NCBI GenBank assembly: GCA_041650995.1
Contig: JBAZJZ010000001.1
Location: forward strand, 71,891-135,890
Reading direction: 5' to 3'
From: Patescibacteria group bacterium
GTDB taxonomy: Bacteria; Patescibacteriota; Patescibacteriia; XYB2-FULL-38-15
DNA: 64,000 nt
The position numbers were made by a program, and so were the translations under genes. The notes under the pieces were generated by a model. The model ran no database searches, was not told the DNA's origin, and worked only from the letters and a program-made list of their open reading frames with translations. Shown piece by piece: positions 28,897 through 38,789 of the stretch (positions are counted from its first letter, which is position 1; every line of letters starts with the position of its first letter).

Positions 28897-29005
28897 TTCT
28901 TTTTAAAACGGAGCCCCCAAACGAAGTTTGGGGAAACGCAGGGCGGCGAGCGTAGGGCAAGTCCCGGCCAGTTGGACGCAGCCGAAAGCTCGCAAGCCCA
29001 AGTAA

Positions 29006-29088
29006 GGGCAGGTACCGAAGTAGTCAAACGGGGCAGACTGTAAATCTGCTGGCTCACGCCTTCCAAGGTGCAAATCCTTGCCTGCCCA
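29006..29088 (+). tRNA. tRNA-Tyr(GTA)
   Basis: GGGCAGG...CCTGCCC-A, anticodon loop CTGTAAA, long variable arm. Confidence 0.92.
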
Positions 29089-29096
29089 TTGGGTTT

Positions 29097-29169
29097 GCCG
29101 ATGTAGCTCAGCTGGTAGAGCAACGGTTTTGTAAACCGTAGGTCGCCGGTTCGAACCCGGCCATCGGCT
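29097..29169 (+). tRNA. tRNA-Thr(TGT)
   Basis: GCCGATG...CATCGGC-T, anticodon loop TTTGTAA. Confidence 0.92.
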
Positions 29170-29209
29170 TTGAAATAAAAATCTAAAATCATAAATCTAA
29201 AATAAATTT

Positions 29210-29365
29210 ATGTCACAGGAAAATTTAATCAAAATGGAGTGTTCAGTCTGTAAGCACGTCAATTATTTTTCCCATAAAAATAAAAAGACATTGAAGAACA
29301 GACTGGAGCTCAAAAAATACTGCAAGTGGTGCAAAAAACACACTGCTCACAAAGAAACGAAATAA
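29210..29365 (+). CDS. rpmG: 50S ribosomal protein L33 (Zn-binding type; not in the ORF track)
   Basis: Read by hand: [51 protein letters not shown]. Confidence 0.93.
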   Translation: MSQENLIKMECSVCKHVNYFSHKNKKTLKNRLELKKYCKWCKKHTAHKETK

Positions 29366-29406
29366 AAACCCGTCCGCCGTGGAGGCGGGCGCGTAATTTT
29401 TTCTTT

Positions 29407-30969
29407 ATGCCCGAAGAGCGAAAGCAGGAAGTTCTAAAACTCCCGAGCCTCATTGTTTTCGTGAGCAGTTTTTGTCTCATGGTCTTGGAACTCGTGGCCG
29501 GAAGACTTATGGCGCCATACCTCGGCGTCTCTCTTTATACTTGGACAAGTATTATTGGTATAATTTTAGCCGGCATCAGTTTGGGGAATTATTTGGGCGG
29601 CCGCCTTGCCGACCAGAAACTTTCTAGGCAAATTTTAGGATCAACTTTTTTTCTCGCGGGAATTTCTTCCGCCGCCGTGCTTTATCTTGTCCCAACGCTC
29701 GGAACGGTTTTTGGGAAAATGAATTTGCCGCTCGCTCTTTCAACTTCTCTCTTTTCTTTAGTTATTTTTTTTCCGGCAAGTATGTTTTTAGGATGCATTA
29801 CGCCGATGGTTATAAAGTTTGATTTAAAAAATTTGGAGAAAACCGGGCGGACGGTCGGAAAAATTTCCGCCATGGCCACACTTGGAAGTATTTTGGGAAC
29901 TTTTGCCACGGGATTTTTTCTAATTTCTTTTTTTTCCACAAAGTTCGTGGTGATTGGCATTTCAGCAGTTTTAATTTTTTTGGGAATTTTGGTTTTTGGC
30001 CAAGGCCAAGGAAAAGGGTTATTAAAAGATAAGGCTAATATAATTTTCAGTTTGATTTTTGTCGGGAGTTTTTTTCTGCCACAAACCTGCGATAAAGAAA
30101 CAAATTATTATTGCATCAAAGCGTCGGTGACAGAGAGTGAAAGCGAAGCGGCTCAGGGCTACATTTTAAAACTTGACCACTTAATCCATAGTTTTGTCTA
30201 TCCGGGCCGCGAGGAAATTCTGACTTACGATTACGAAAAACTTTATAAATTTCTGACTGATTATTGGATAAACGATAACGGCAAATCAAATTTTTCAGCG
30301 CTTTTTTTAGGCGGCGGGGGATACACCCTGCCCAGATATTTTGAAAAAAATTATTTAAGCGGCAATCTTCTGGTGGCGGAAATTGATCCGGGCGTGACAA
30401 ATTTCAATTATCAAAAATTAAGTTTAAACCCGGAAACGAAAATCAAGACCATAAATCAAGACGCGCGGATATATCTCCAGCGGTTGCCGGCCGACCAAAA
30501 ATATGATTTAATCCTTGGAGACGCTTTCAATGATTTTTCCGTGCCGTATCACCTCACAACTCTGGAATTTGGGAAAGTGGTGAAGGAACATTTGGCGCCC
30601 GGCGGATTTTACGCCGTGAATGTGATTGATGATTACCAGCATGGAAAGTTTGTCAGTTCTTTTGTAAAAACCTTAGAAGAAATTTTTCCGTATGTATATC
30701 TTGCCCCACTCACCACAGATTGGCAAAAAGCGCACCGCAATACCTTCGTTGTTTTAGCGAATGAAAAACCAATAAATGAGGACCAATGGGCCGCGGTGCT
30801 TCGAGTATTGGAGCAAGGCGGGCAATATAGCAATATGGATAAAGCGAGTTATCTTGTGGGCAAAGATGAAACGCAGAAATTTTTGGAAGAAAAGGGAGCG
30901 ATTGTTTTGACCGACGATTATGTTCCGACCGACAATCTCTTAGCGCCGGTTTTCAATTACGCGTATTAA
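29407..30969 (+). CDS. Fused MFS-like membrane domain / spermidine synthase-like protein
   Basis: ELVAGRLMAPYLG.S...W; LFLGGGG, AEIDP, DAR.YL, DLILGDAF, LTDDYVP. Confidence 0.88.
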   Translation: MPEERKQEVLKLPSLIVFVSSFCLMVLELVAGRLMAPYLGVSLYTWTSIIGIILAGISLGNYLGGRLADQKLSRQILGSTFFLAGISSAAVLYLVPTLGTVFGKMNLPLALSTSLFSLVIFFPASMFLGCITPMVIKFDLKNLEKTGRTVGKISAMATLGSILGTFATGFFLISFFSTKFVVIGISAVLIFLGILVFGQGQGKGLLKDKANIIFSLIFVGSFFLPQTCDKETNYYCIKASVTESESEAAQGYILKLDHLIHSFVYPGREEILTYDYEKLYKFLTDYWINDNGKSNFSALFLGGGGYTLPRYFEKNYLSGNLLVAEIDPGVTNFNYQKLSLNPETKIKTINQDARIYLQRLPADQKYDLILGDAFNDFSVPYHLTTLEFGKVVKEHLAPGGFYAVNVIDDYQHGKFVSSFVKTLEEIFPYVYLAPLTTDWQKAHRNTFVVLANEKPINEDQWAAVLRVLEQGGQYSNMDKASYLVGKDETQKFLEEKGAIVLTDDYVPTDNLLAPVFNYAY

Positions 30970-30990
30970 AAAAATATCATAATTTTCCAT

Positions 30991-31061
30991 GGGGGTGTAG
31001 TTCAGTGGTAGAACACTGGTCTCCAAAACCAGGGATGAGGGTTCGATTCCTTCCGCCCCCG
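30991..31061 (+). tRNA. tRNA-Trp(CCA)
   Basis: GGGGGTG...CGCCCCC-G, anticodon loop CTCCAAA. Confidence 0.92.
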
Positions 31062-31186
31062 CTTGGATAAATAAATCACATTTGTGATTTGTTTATCCAT
31101 ATGAGCGGAGTTGGAGAGAAACCTCGCACTGTAAGTCCGTTGCGGCCGTTTCTGCACCGAGGAGCCTCCGATTCCTTCCGCCCCCG
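31062..31186 (+). repeat. 105-nt element followed by a duplicated tRNA-Trp 3' end
   Basis: CGATTCCTTCCGCCCCCG (31044-31061) repeated at 31169-31186, preceded by GCACCGAGGAGCC. Confidence 0.85.
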
Positions 31187-31232
31187 TGGAAAATTATGAT
31201 CTTAAAGTAGGAAAATAATTTAACTTAAAAAT

Positions 31233-31721
31233 ATGAACAACGAAAACAAAGAATGTTGCCCAAAATTTAATCCAGAAAAATGGGACGAAAAAACGTATAC
31301 CTGGGATAACAAGCCGTTCATAAAAGAAACTATTCCCACATTTTTTCACATACCGCTTTCCTCAATGATTGGTAAAAAAGTTACTAAAATGTGCAAGATG
31401 ATGGAAGATTCAAAAAAGGCAGAGGCTAATAGTGAAGATGTTTTATTATTATTTCACGATCCCAGCGCCTTTAAATCAGAAATATTTTTATCGGTTACCG
31501 GTCTGGTGGAAAACGCGAATAATGTAAATCTTTCCGGCACATTTGTTGCTAAAGTTTTTTCCGGCCCATATAATTCCATCCCAAAATTCGTAAAACAAAT
31601 TGATGAATATTTGGCGGCGCAAGGAAAGAAAGCTAAAGATTATTATGTTCATTACGCCTACTGCCCCAAGTGCGCGAAAAAATACGGCGATAACTACATG
31701 ATTTTATTTGCCCAGATTTAA
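31233..31721 (+). CDS. Conserved protein, GyrI-like small-molecule-binding or putative hydrolase family
   Basis: ECCPKFNPEKWD...F.GPY...YAYCPKCAKKYG.NY motifs. Confidence 0.7.
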   Translation: MNNENKECCPKFNPEKWDEKTYTWDNKPFIKETIPTFFHIPLSSMIGKKVTKMCKMMEDSKKAEANSEDVLLLFHDPSAFKSEIFLSVTGLVENANNVNLSGTFVAKVFSGPYNSIPKFVKQIDEYLAAQGKKAKDYYVHYAYCPKCAKKYGDNYMILFAQI

Positions 31722-31965
31722 ATTTTGCCCCCAATAGAAAGTTTTGATTTAAAAAACAGGAATGTGAGTTCGCCAGAACCTGCTCCGAATCGGCCAAAAG
31801 CCGATTTTTAGTTTCCCTCCTTGACAGAGTTTCTTTTCCGTGTTATACTAAGTAATCTTAACTAATGTCGCGACTAATTTTTGTCCCGACAAGACTCGAA
31901 CCTCTTTTGTGTCATGCATTAAATTATGTGGCCCCTATCGGAGAAATCGGGTCACTAATTTTTTT

Positions 31966-33240
31966 ATGACAACAAAAACACAAACGGCTGTTCGCTTTAG
32001 CGATCTTGGTCTCTCGGGAAAAATGCTTTCCATTCTGGAACGGCAAAATTTTTCCGTTCCAACTCCTATTCAGCATAAATGTATTCCCTCGGCCTTGGAA
32101 GGGCGGGATATTGTGGGTATTGCTCAGACAGGCACGGGCAAGACCCTGGCTTTTGGTTTACCGATGATTGAGCGGTTGGCAAGAAACAGGGGACAGGCTT
32201 TGATTTTAATGCCGACAAGAGAACTTGCTCTTCAGGTTGATGAGGTTTTGCAGAAAATCGGACGCCAAATCGGCCTTAAAACCGCGGTCGTGATCGGCGG
32301 CGCGTCTTCATATCAGCAATTACAAATGTTACGTCGCAGACCGCACGTCGTGGTTTCAACACCTGGCCGTTTGATTGATCATCTTCAGCAAAAAAATTAT
32401 TCGTTGCGAAACGTAAAAATTATTATTTTGGATGAAGCCGACCGTATGCTGGATATTGGTTTCGCGCCGCAACTCAAACAGATTTTATCTATGGCGCCGA
32501 CCGAGCGGCAAACTATGCTTTTTTCCGCGACAATGCCAGGAGCGATCGCCCAAATCGCCGCGGGGCATATGAAAACCCCTATGCGGATTGAAGTTGCGCC
32601 GTCTGGCACTCCGGCTGAAAATATTGACCAAAAAATATTTATTATCAGTAAGGAACGAAAAATGCAGTTGTTGGATAAAACGTTGACTGATAATTTTGGG
32701 ACAGCGTTGATTTTTGCCCGCACAAAATTCGGCGCTAAAAAAATCGCGGCAAATTTGAGCGCGTCAGGATATCGGGCGGCGGAAATTCATTCCAATCGGT
32801 CTCTCGCCCAGCGCAAAGAGGCACTCAACGGATTTAAGTCCGGAAAATATCGCGTGCTAGTTGCTACGGATATTGCTGCTCGCGGCATTGATGTTAATGA
32901 CATTGCTATGGTTATAAATTTTGATTTGCCTGATAATCCGGAAGATTATGTCCATCGCATCGGACGCACCGGCCGAGCCGGAAATTCCGGCCAGGCAATA
33001 TCGTTTGCCACTCCGGCGGAAACATATGACATTCGGCAGATTGAGCGGTTGATCAGACGAGCAATTCCTGTGGTGGGATTGCCGGTTTTGCCCGAGCGTC
33101 GCGTTAGTTTTCAAGAAACCGACCGAGGCCATAGTCGCGGAAGTGGCAACTTTGCCCGAAGCAAAAATCATAATTTTGGCGGCCGAAGCGGCAATTCAAA
33201 AAGAAGAAATCCGGGGAGACAGTGGAGAGGCCGTTCTTGA
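31966..33240 (+). CDS. DEAD-box RNA helicase (RhlE-like)
   Basis: AQTGTGKT, PTRELA, DEAD, SAT, HRIGRTGRAG. Confidence 0.95.
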   Translation: MTTKTQTAVRFSDLGLSGKMLSILERQNFSVPTPIQHKCIPSALEGRDIVGIAQTGTGKTLAFGLPMIERLARNRGQALILMPTRELALQVDEVLQKIGRQIGLKTAVVIGGASSYQQLQMLRRRPHVVVSTPGRLIDHLQQKNYSLRNVKIIILDEADRMLDIGFAPQLKQILSMAPTERQTMLFSATMPGAIAQIAAGHMKTPMRIEVAPSGTPAENIDQKIFIISKERKMQLLDKTLTDNFGTALIFARTKFGAKKIAANLSASGYRAAEIHSNRSLAQRKEALNGFKSGKYRVLVATDIAARGIDVNDIAMVINFDLPDNPEDYVHRIGRTGRAGNSGQAISFATPAETYDIRQIERLIRRAIPVVGLPVLPERRVSFQETDRGHSRGSGNFARSKNHNFGGRSGNSKRRNPGRQWRGRS

Positions 33241-33342
33241 TTTGACTTTTTATTAGGTTTAGTTCATACTTATATTATAAAAATTAAGTAGAAATATCGT
33301 CGAATTTCTACAGAGACTTTATTTATTTTGTCGTCGTTTATT

Positions 33343-33543
33343 ATGAAAGGTACAATCAAAACCTTGGTAGCGGAAAAGAATTTCGGTTTTATCACCCCAG
33401 AAGACGGATCAAAGGATGTCTTTTTCCATGCCACAAGCCTTCAGGGCGTTGAATTCGGACAATTGCAATCAGGCGATGCTGTGACGTTTGACGTCGAGCA
33501 GTCGGAAAAAGGTCCGAGAGCCGTGAATGTTGCAAAAGAGTAA
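33343..33543 (+). CDS. Cold-shock protein
   Basis: KNFGFI, DVFFH, KGPRAVNV. Confidence 0.95.
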   Translation: MKGTIKTLVAEKNFGFITPEDGSKDVFFHATSLQGVEFGQLQSGDAVTFDVEQSEKGPRAVNVAKE

Positions 33544-33552
33544 AAAATTCGA

Positions 33553-33588
33553 AAACAGAGCCAAGTAAAACGGCTCTGTTTTTGTTTT
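33553..33588 (+). terminator. Rho-independent terminator after the cold-shock gene
   Basis: AAACAGAGCC-N-GGCTCTGTTT followed by T-rich tract. Confidence 0.7.
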
Positions 33589-33692
33589 GTATTTAAACTA
33601 TTTTCCCTTGTTATTTTCGGCAGTTTTTGCTATGATAAAGGAATAAATACGGAGAGGAATAGTCGTCGATTAATCATTAATTAATAAAATTT

Positions 33693-34325
33693 ATGCCCAA
33701 AAAATTATTAGTTTTAGCCGCGATTTTTGCTTTGGCTCTTTCTGGCGCGGGTTGCGGAGAAAAAGAAGAAACGCCGGCGGCGGAAAATGAAAATAAAAAC
33801 GCAAATGTCATCACGGCAAATGTTAACGGCACGGTTATTGAATTAGTTGAACCGTCGGAGCCGGGAGAAGAGGAAGTCGGCGGAGTGGAGTTTGTGGAGT
33901 ATATTAATAAATCATTTGGTTACAAAATTGTCCGGCCTAACAAATGGTATTGGCAGCATCTTATCCAGAGAGAAATCGGCGAGGCCATGCCTGAGGTAGA
34001 CGATTTGTTTGTTACCGATCCAAACCCGCTGCCAGCGCTTGGCACAGAATATCTCGGGAGAATTGTGATTGAAGTTTCAAGGAGAAGTTTAATAGACTTA
34101 GAAAGAAATTATTCTGATTTAACTTCTTCGGCCGTGACAGTCGGCGGAATTTCCGCGACAAAGTATGAGGGAGTGCGTTCAAACGAAATGGTGGAAAATC
34201 AGAAAATCATTGTTTATCTTTTCCAAAAAGACGGAAAGACTTACAGAATTGTTTACACGAAATTTAATAGCGTCGCAGAAGAAGAGGCAGTGTTTCAAAG
34301 AGTGGTAGAAAGCCTAAGTTTCTAA
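33693..34325 (+). CDS. PsbP-like lipoprotein
   Basis: Lipobox LSGAGC; Y.N..FGYKI..P..W...FQRVVESLSF. Confidence 0.7.
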   Translation: MPKKLLVLAAIFALALSGAGCGEKEETPAAENENKNANVITANVNGTVIELVEPSEPGEEEVGGVEFVEYINKSFGYKIVRPNKWYWQHLIQREIGEAMPEVDDLFVTDPNPLPALGTEYLGRIVIEVSRRSLIDLERNYSDLTSSAVTVGGISATKYEGVRSNEMVENQKIIVYLFQKDGKTYRIVYTKFNSVAEEEAVFQRVVESLSF

Positions 34326-34377
34326 AATATAAATTAAAAGTTCCGCCGGGAGGAGGCGGAATTTTTATAGATCGCGA

Positions 34378-34845
34378 ATGTTTAACGTTGTTCTTTTAGC
34401 TGTAGGAAAAGTTAAAGAAAAACATTGGCAGACGGCAGTGAAAGAATATTTGGCGCGGTTAAAGCCGTACGCCAGAGTTATTATTGAAGAAGTGGAGCCT
34501 GAACCATTTAAACGGGAATCGGACAAGGAAAAAGCAAAACAAAAGGAAGGGGAAAGGTTGCTCACGGCGTTATCCAAATATTCAGACAGCGAAATCATTA
34601 TTCTTGATGAACGCGGTCGGGAATTAACTTCGCTGGAATTTTCTGAATTTTTTAGTCGTGAGCCGCGGCGTGTGGTTTTTGTTATCGGGGGCGCCTTAGG
34701 TTTCAGTGAAAATTTTTCCAAAAGAACTTTTACTAAAATAGCTCTGTCAAAAATGACTTTGCCGCACGAATTCGCGAGAGTGGTTTTGTTGGAACAAATT
34801 TATCGGGCGGCGACGATTGTTTCAGGAAAGAGTTATCATTATTGA
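34378..34845 (+). CDS. rlmH: 23S rRNA pseudouridine-1915 N3-methyltransferase
   Basis: LDERG, FVIGGA.G, MTLPH, LLEQIYRA...YH. Confidence 0.95.
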   Translation: MFNVVLLAVGKVKEKHWQTAVKEYLARLKPYARVIIEEVEPEPFKRESDKEKAKQKEGERLLTALSKYSDSEIIILDERGRELTSLEFSEFFSREPRRVVFVIGGALGFSENFSKRTFTKIALSKMTLPHEFARVVLLEQIYRAATIVSGKSYHY

Positions 34846-34859
34846 GAATAATTTAGGAT

Positions 34860-35645
34860 ATGACTTTTTTTCACGCGATAATTTTGGGAATAGTTGAGGG
34901 TGTTACAGAATTTCTCCCGGTTTCTTCGACCGGGCATTTGATTTTGACTTCAAAACTTTTTCAACTTCCCTCAACAGAATTTTTAAAAAGTTTTGAAATC
35001 GCCATCCAGCTCGGAGCGATTTTAGCAGTAGTTGTTCTTTATTGGAAATCTTTCTTTGTTAAGTTTGAAATTTTGAAAAAAATAATTGTCGCTTTTCTGC
35101 CAACGGCGGCGCTCGGATTAATTTTTTACAAAATCGTCAAGCAATTTTTGTTGGGAAGCGAGGAAGTTGTTTTATGGGCGCTGTTTTTAGGCGGTGTTTT
35201 TTTGATTATATTTGAATGGAAATATAGTGAAAAACCGGACGCCGTGGATGGCGTGGAAAAAATAACTTGGCGGCAAGCGATAGTAATTGGTCTTTTTCAG
35301 TCGGTGGCGATTATTCCCGGGGTTTCCCGCGCCGCCGCGACAATTGTCGGCGGTTTAATTCTTGGTTTAAAAAGAAAAACAATTGTTGAATTTTCTTTTC
35401 TGCTTGCCGTGCCAATCATGGTTGCAGCTACCGGACTTGATCTTTTAAAAAGCGGCGGAAATTTTTCTTTGAGGGAGTTTGGCCTTATTGCCATCGGCTT
35501 TGCTTTTTCCTTTTTCACGGCGCTAGCGGCGATTAAATTTTTCTTGAATTTCATCAAAAATCATTCTTTTATTTTTTTCGGAGTTTATCGAGTTCTTTTG
35601 GCGCTTGTTTGGTGGGTTGGCGCGCTGTTTATCTTGCGGGTTTAA
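34860..35645 (+). CDS. uppP: Undecaprenyl-diphosphatase
   Basis: EGVTEFLPVSSTGH, IQLGAILAV, PGVSRAAAT. Confidence 0.95.
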   Translation: MTFFHAIILGIVEGVTEFLPVSSTGHLILTSKLFQLPSTEFLKSFEIAIQLGAILAVVVLYWKSFFVKFEILKKIIVAFLPTAALGLIFYKIVKQFLLGSEEVVLWALFLGGVFLIIFEWKYSEKPDAVDGVEKITWRQAIVIGLFQSVAIIPGVSRAAATIVGGLILGLKRKTIVEFSFLLAVPIMVAATGLDLLKSGGNFSLREFGLIAIGFAFSFFTALAAIKFFLNFIKNHSFIFFGVYRVLLALVWWVGALFILRV

Positions 35646-35658
35646 AATGATATAATGT

Positions 35659-36651
35659 ATGAAGGTTTGTTTGTATCTTGAATTTAAGCGATTTTTAAAA
35701 GGTTATTTTTATAAAAACGCGGGAACAGGATTTTTATCATCCTTTAAAAATTATTTAAAAGCGCTGAGTTTGACCGAAGTGGAAGTCACGGAAAATTTAA
35801 AAGATAAATACGACGTTTTGCACGTTAACGTTCCATTTCTAAGATCTCTTTGGGCAGTTTGGCGAGCGAGGCGAAGAGGAATAAAAATTGTGATGTCGGC
35901 CCACGCTACGGCGGAAGATTTTAGGGGTGTCTGGCGGGCCAGTAATTTATTAATGCCACTCGCGCGCCGTTATTACAGGTTTGCTTACAACCAGGCGGAT
36001 GTGGTGATTACTCCGACAATTTACACAAAAAGTTTGCTTCAAAAATATCCTTTGAAAAGAAGAATTGAGGTTACCTCTTGCGGCGTTGATTTTATAAAAT
36101 TTTTTGTCGGAGGAGAGGGGAGAAATTATCAAAAATCGGAAAAGGAAATAGTTGTTTTTAATGTTGCGAATGCGATCCCAAGAAAAGGCATAGAGAGTTT
36201 TATTGGTCTGGCCCGGAATTTTCCCGATAATAAATTTTTTTGGTACGGAAAAATTTTTAAATCTTTTTTATATAAAAGGTTGCCAAAAAATTTACCGTCT
36301 AACCTAGAATTTAAGGGATTTGTGTCAGACATCATCGCGGCTTACCGAGACGGAGATATTTTTGTTTTTCCGTCACACGAAGAAAACCAAGGGATGGTTA
36401 TTTTGGAAGCCGCGGCTGCCGGGTTGCCGATTTTAGTGAGAGATCTTCCGGCTTACCGAGAGTGGCTTGTTCATAATAAAAATTGTTTAGTGGCTAAAAA
36501 CGAAGAAGAATTTCGAAAGTATTTAAATGAATTGATTTCCAACTCCGGACTTAGGGAGCGGTTGGGTGCGGCGGCAAAAAAATTAGCCGAATCGGAAGAT
36601 TTAAAAATTATTGGAAAACGTTTGCAAGAAGTTTACCAAAGCTTAATATGA
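35659..36651 (+). CDS. GT4 glycosyltransferase (glycolipid-synthase-like)
   Basis: HATAEDF, FPSHEENQGMVILEA. Confidence 0.85.
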   Translation: MKVCLYLEFKRFLKGYFYKNAGTGFLSSFKNYLKALSLTEVEVTENLKDKYDVLHVNVPFLRSLWAVWRARRRGIKIVMSAHATAEDFRGVWRASNLLMPLARRYYRFAYNQADVVITPTIYTKSLLQKYPLKRRIEVTSCGVDFIKFFVGGEGRNYQKSEKEIVVFNVANAIPRKGIESFIGLARNFPDNKFFWYGKIFKSFLYKRLPKNLPSNLEFKGFVSDIIAAYRDGDIFVFPSHEENQGMVILEAAAAGLPILVRDLPAYREWLVHNKNCLVAKNEEEFRKYLNELISNSGLRERLGAAAKKLAESEDLKIIGKRLQEVYQSLI

Positions 36652-37382
36652 AAATATCGATAATTATTCCAGCCTACAACGAAGAAAAATTATTGCCGCG
36701 ATGCTTAAAATCAATTTTTTCAGCTCATCATTCGGAAGAGCACGAAGTGATTGTCGTAAACAACGCTTCAACCGACCGGACAGAAGAAATTGCCAGAAGT
36801 TTCGCTGGCGTTAAGGTTGTCGCAGAATTAAATAAAGGAATCACAAGAGCTCGGCAGGCGGGATTTCTTGCTGCGAGCGGTGATATTTTGGTTTTCTTTG
36901 ACGCGGACACAATTATTCCTCCAGATTGGTTTTGTGTTGCTGTGACAAAATTTAAATCTAATCCCAAACTAATGGGCGTTTCCGGTCCGTATCATTTTGA
37001 AGCAATATCTTGGTGGGCGAGGGGATTGGAATGGTTTTATAATTATGTTGTTATGCCGACCGGAGAATTTGTTTGGAAATTTATTCTGCGCCAGGGAGGG
37101 ATAATGCTTCTGGGAGGAAATTTTGCCGTGAGGCGTGAAGCGCTTACGGCCGTGAACGGTTTTAACACAGAAATAGATTTTTACGGTGAAGATACAAATC
37201 TTACCCGACGAATGGCGAAAATTGGAAAAATTGATTACACGAATAAATTATTTGTTTATTCTTCTCCACGCCGCTTTGAGGGAGAGGGCGGGTTAAAGCT
37301 CGCGTTTAAATACGTTATAAATTTTTTAGGGGAATGGATTTTTAAAAAGCCGATAAATAAATCTTACGAAGATTTTAGATAA
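36648..37382 (+). CDS. GT2 glycosyltransferase
   Basis: IIPAYNEE, NNASTD, DAD, FYGED, SSPRR. Confidence 0.9.
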   Translation: MKISIIIPAYNEEKLLPRCLKSIFSAHHSEEHEVIVVNNASTDRTEEIARSFAGVKVVAELNKGITRARQAGFLAASGDILVFFDADTIIPPDWFCVAVTKFKSNPKLMGVSGPYHFEAISWWARGLEWFYNYVVMPTGEFVWKFILRQGGIMLLGGNFAVRREALTAVNGFNTEIDFYGEDTNLTRRMAKIGKIDYTNKLFVYSSPRRFEGEGGLKLAFKYVINFLGEWIFKKPINKSYEDFR

Positions 37383-37408
37383 AATTTACTGGTGAATAAA
37401 TTATTGAA

Positions 37409-38779
37409 ATGAAGAACGGAAAAAATCATAATAATCATAATCACGGCTATCAGAAAGCGTGGGTTGTTACGGTGGATATGGGCTACGGGCATCAGCGCGC
37501 CGCTTTTCCGTTGAAGGGTTTGGCCTACGGCGGAAAAATTATTAATGCTTCCAATTATCCCGGGATGCCGCGTGTTGATAGAAATACCTGGAGAGAAAGC
37601 AAGAGATTTTATGAATTTATGTCGCGTTTCAAGCGGATTCCCGTGGTAGGAGAGGCGGCTTTTAATATTTACGACAAGCTGCAGGAAATACCTTCATTTT
37701 ATCCCAAACGGGATCTTTCCGATCCGAGTGTGCAAATTGAACAAACTGTGGCTTTGATTAAAAAAAGAGAATGGGGCAAACATTTAATTCATACCTTGAA
37801 TAAGAAAAAAATTCCTTTGATCACAACATTTTTTATTCCGGCTTTTATGGCTGAGGCCTGGGAATATGAAGGAGATATTTATTGCGTAATTTGCGATGCG
37901 GATATTTCGAGGGCCTGGGCGCCGCCCGATCCGACGCAAAGTAAAATAAAATATTTCGCTCCCAATTATAGGGTTGTTGAACGCTTGAAGTGTTACGGCG
38001 TGCGGGCGGAAAACATTTTTTTGACCGGCTTTCCGTTGCCTGAAGAAAACACGGGCGGGAGGTATCTTGGAAATTTACATCATGACTTGGGAATAAGACT
38101 TACTCATCTTGATCCTAAAAAAATTTATACTTCAAAATACGCGCTTACGATAGATGAATATTTAGGAACAAAATGGCCGCCGCCAAAGACAAACGGTTCG
38201 CCGACATTGATGTTTGCGGTTGGTGGCGCTGGCGCGCAACGGGAATTGGGAGTGGAAATAGTGAAAAATTTGGCGCATAAAATTAAGGCAAAAAAAATAA
38301 AAGTGATTCTTGTTGCCGGCATCAGGAACGAAGTAAACCAGTATTTTAAAAAGCACGTTAGACAATTGGGGCTCGGGGGACATCTTGATAAAAATATTAA
38401 AATAATTTTTGGCGAAAGCACTGAAGATTATTTCAAAAAATTTAATCGAGCGCTGAGAAAGGTTGATGTTTTATGGACCAAACCTTCTGAACTTTCTTTT
38501 TATACTGCTTTGGGTTTGCCTGTTATTATTTCTTCACCCATCGGTTCACAGGAAGAATTTAACAGAAAGTGGCTTATTGCGATTGGTTCTGGCATTGATC
38601 CTGAAGACGTAAAATACGTTGATCAGTGGTTTTTTGACTGGATTGATTCGGGCTGGTTTGCCCGGGCAGCAATGCAAGGATTTATGGAGGGAGGAAAATA
38701 CGGGGCTTATAACATTGAGAAATTTATCAAACATAAACTAACTGAGGTAAAAGCAGTGAAGATGACTTTACAGTATTAA
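37409..38779 (+). CDS. GT-B fold protein (MGDG-synthase/DUF6938-like)
   Basis: DMGYGHQRA, WTKPSEL, GSQE. Confidence 0.7.
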   Translation: MKNGKNHNNHNHGYQKAWVVTVDMGYGHQRAAFPLKGLAYGGKIINASNYPGMPRVDRNTWRESKRFYEFMSRFKRIPVVGEAAFNIYDKLQEIPSFYPKRDLSDPSVQIEQTVALIKKREWGKHLIHTLNKKKIPLITTFFIPAFMAEAWEYEGDIYCVICDADISRAWAPPDPTQSKIKYFAPNYRVVERLKCYGVRAENIFLTGFPLPEENTGGRYLGNLHHDLGIRLTHLDPKKIYTSKYALTIDEYLGTKWPPPKTNGSPTLMFAVGGAGAQRELGVEIVKNLAHKIKAKKIKVILVAGIRNEVNQYFKKHVRQLGLGGHLDKNIKIIFGESTEDYFKKFNRALRKVDVLWTKPSELSFYTALGLPVIISSPIGSQEEFNRKWLIAIGSGIDPEDVKYVDQWFFDWIDSGWFARAAMQGFMEGGKYGAYNIEKFIKHKLTEVKAVKMTLQY

Positions 38780-38789
38780 TTTCTTGTTA

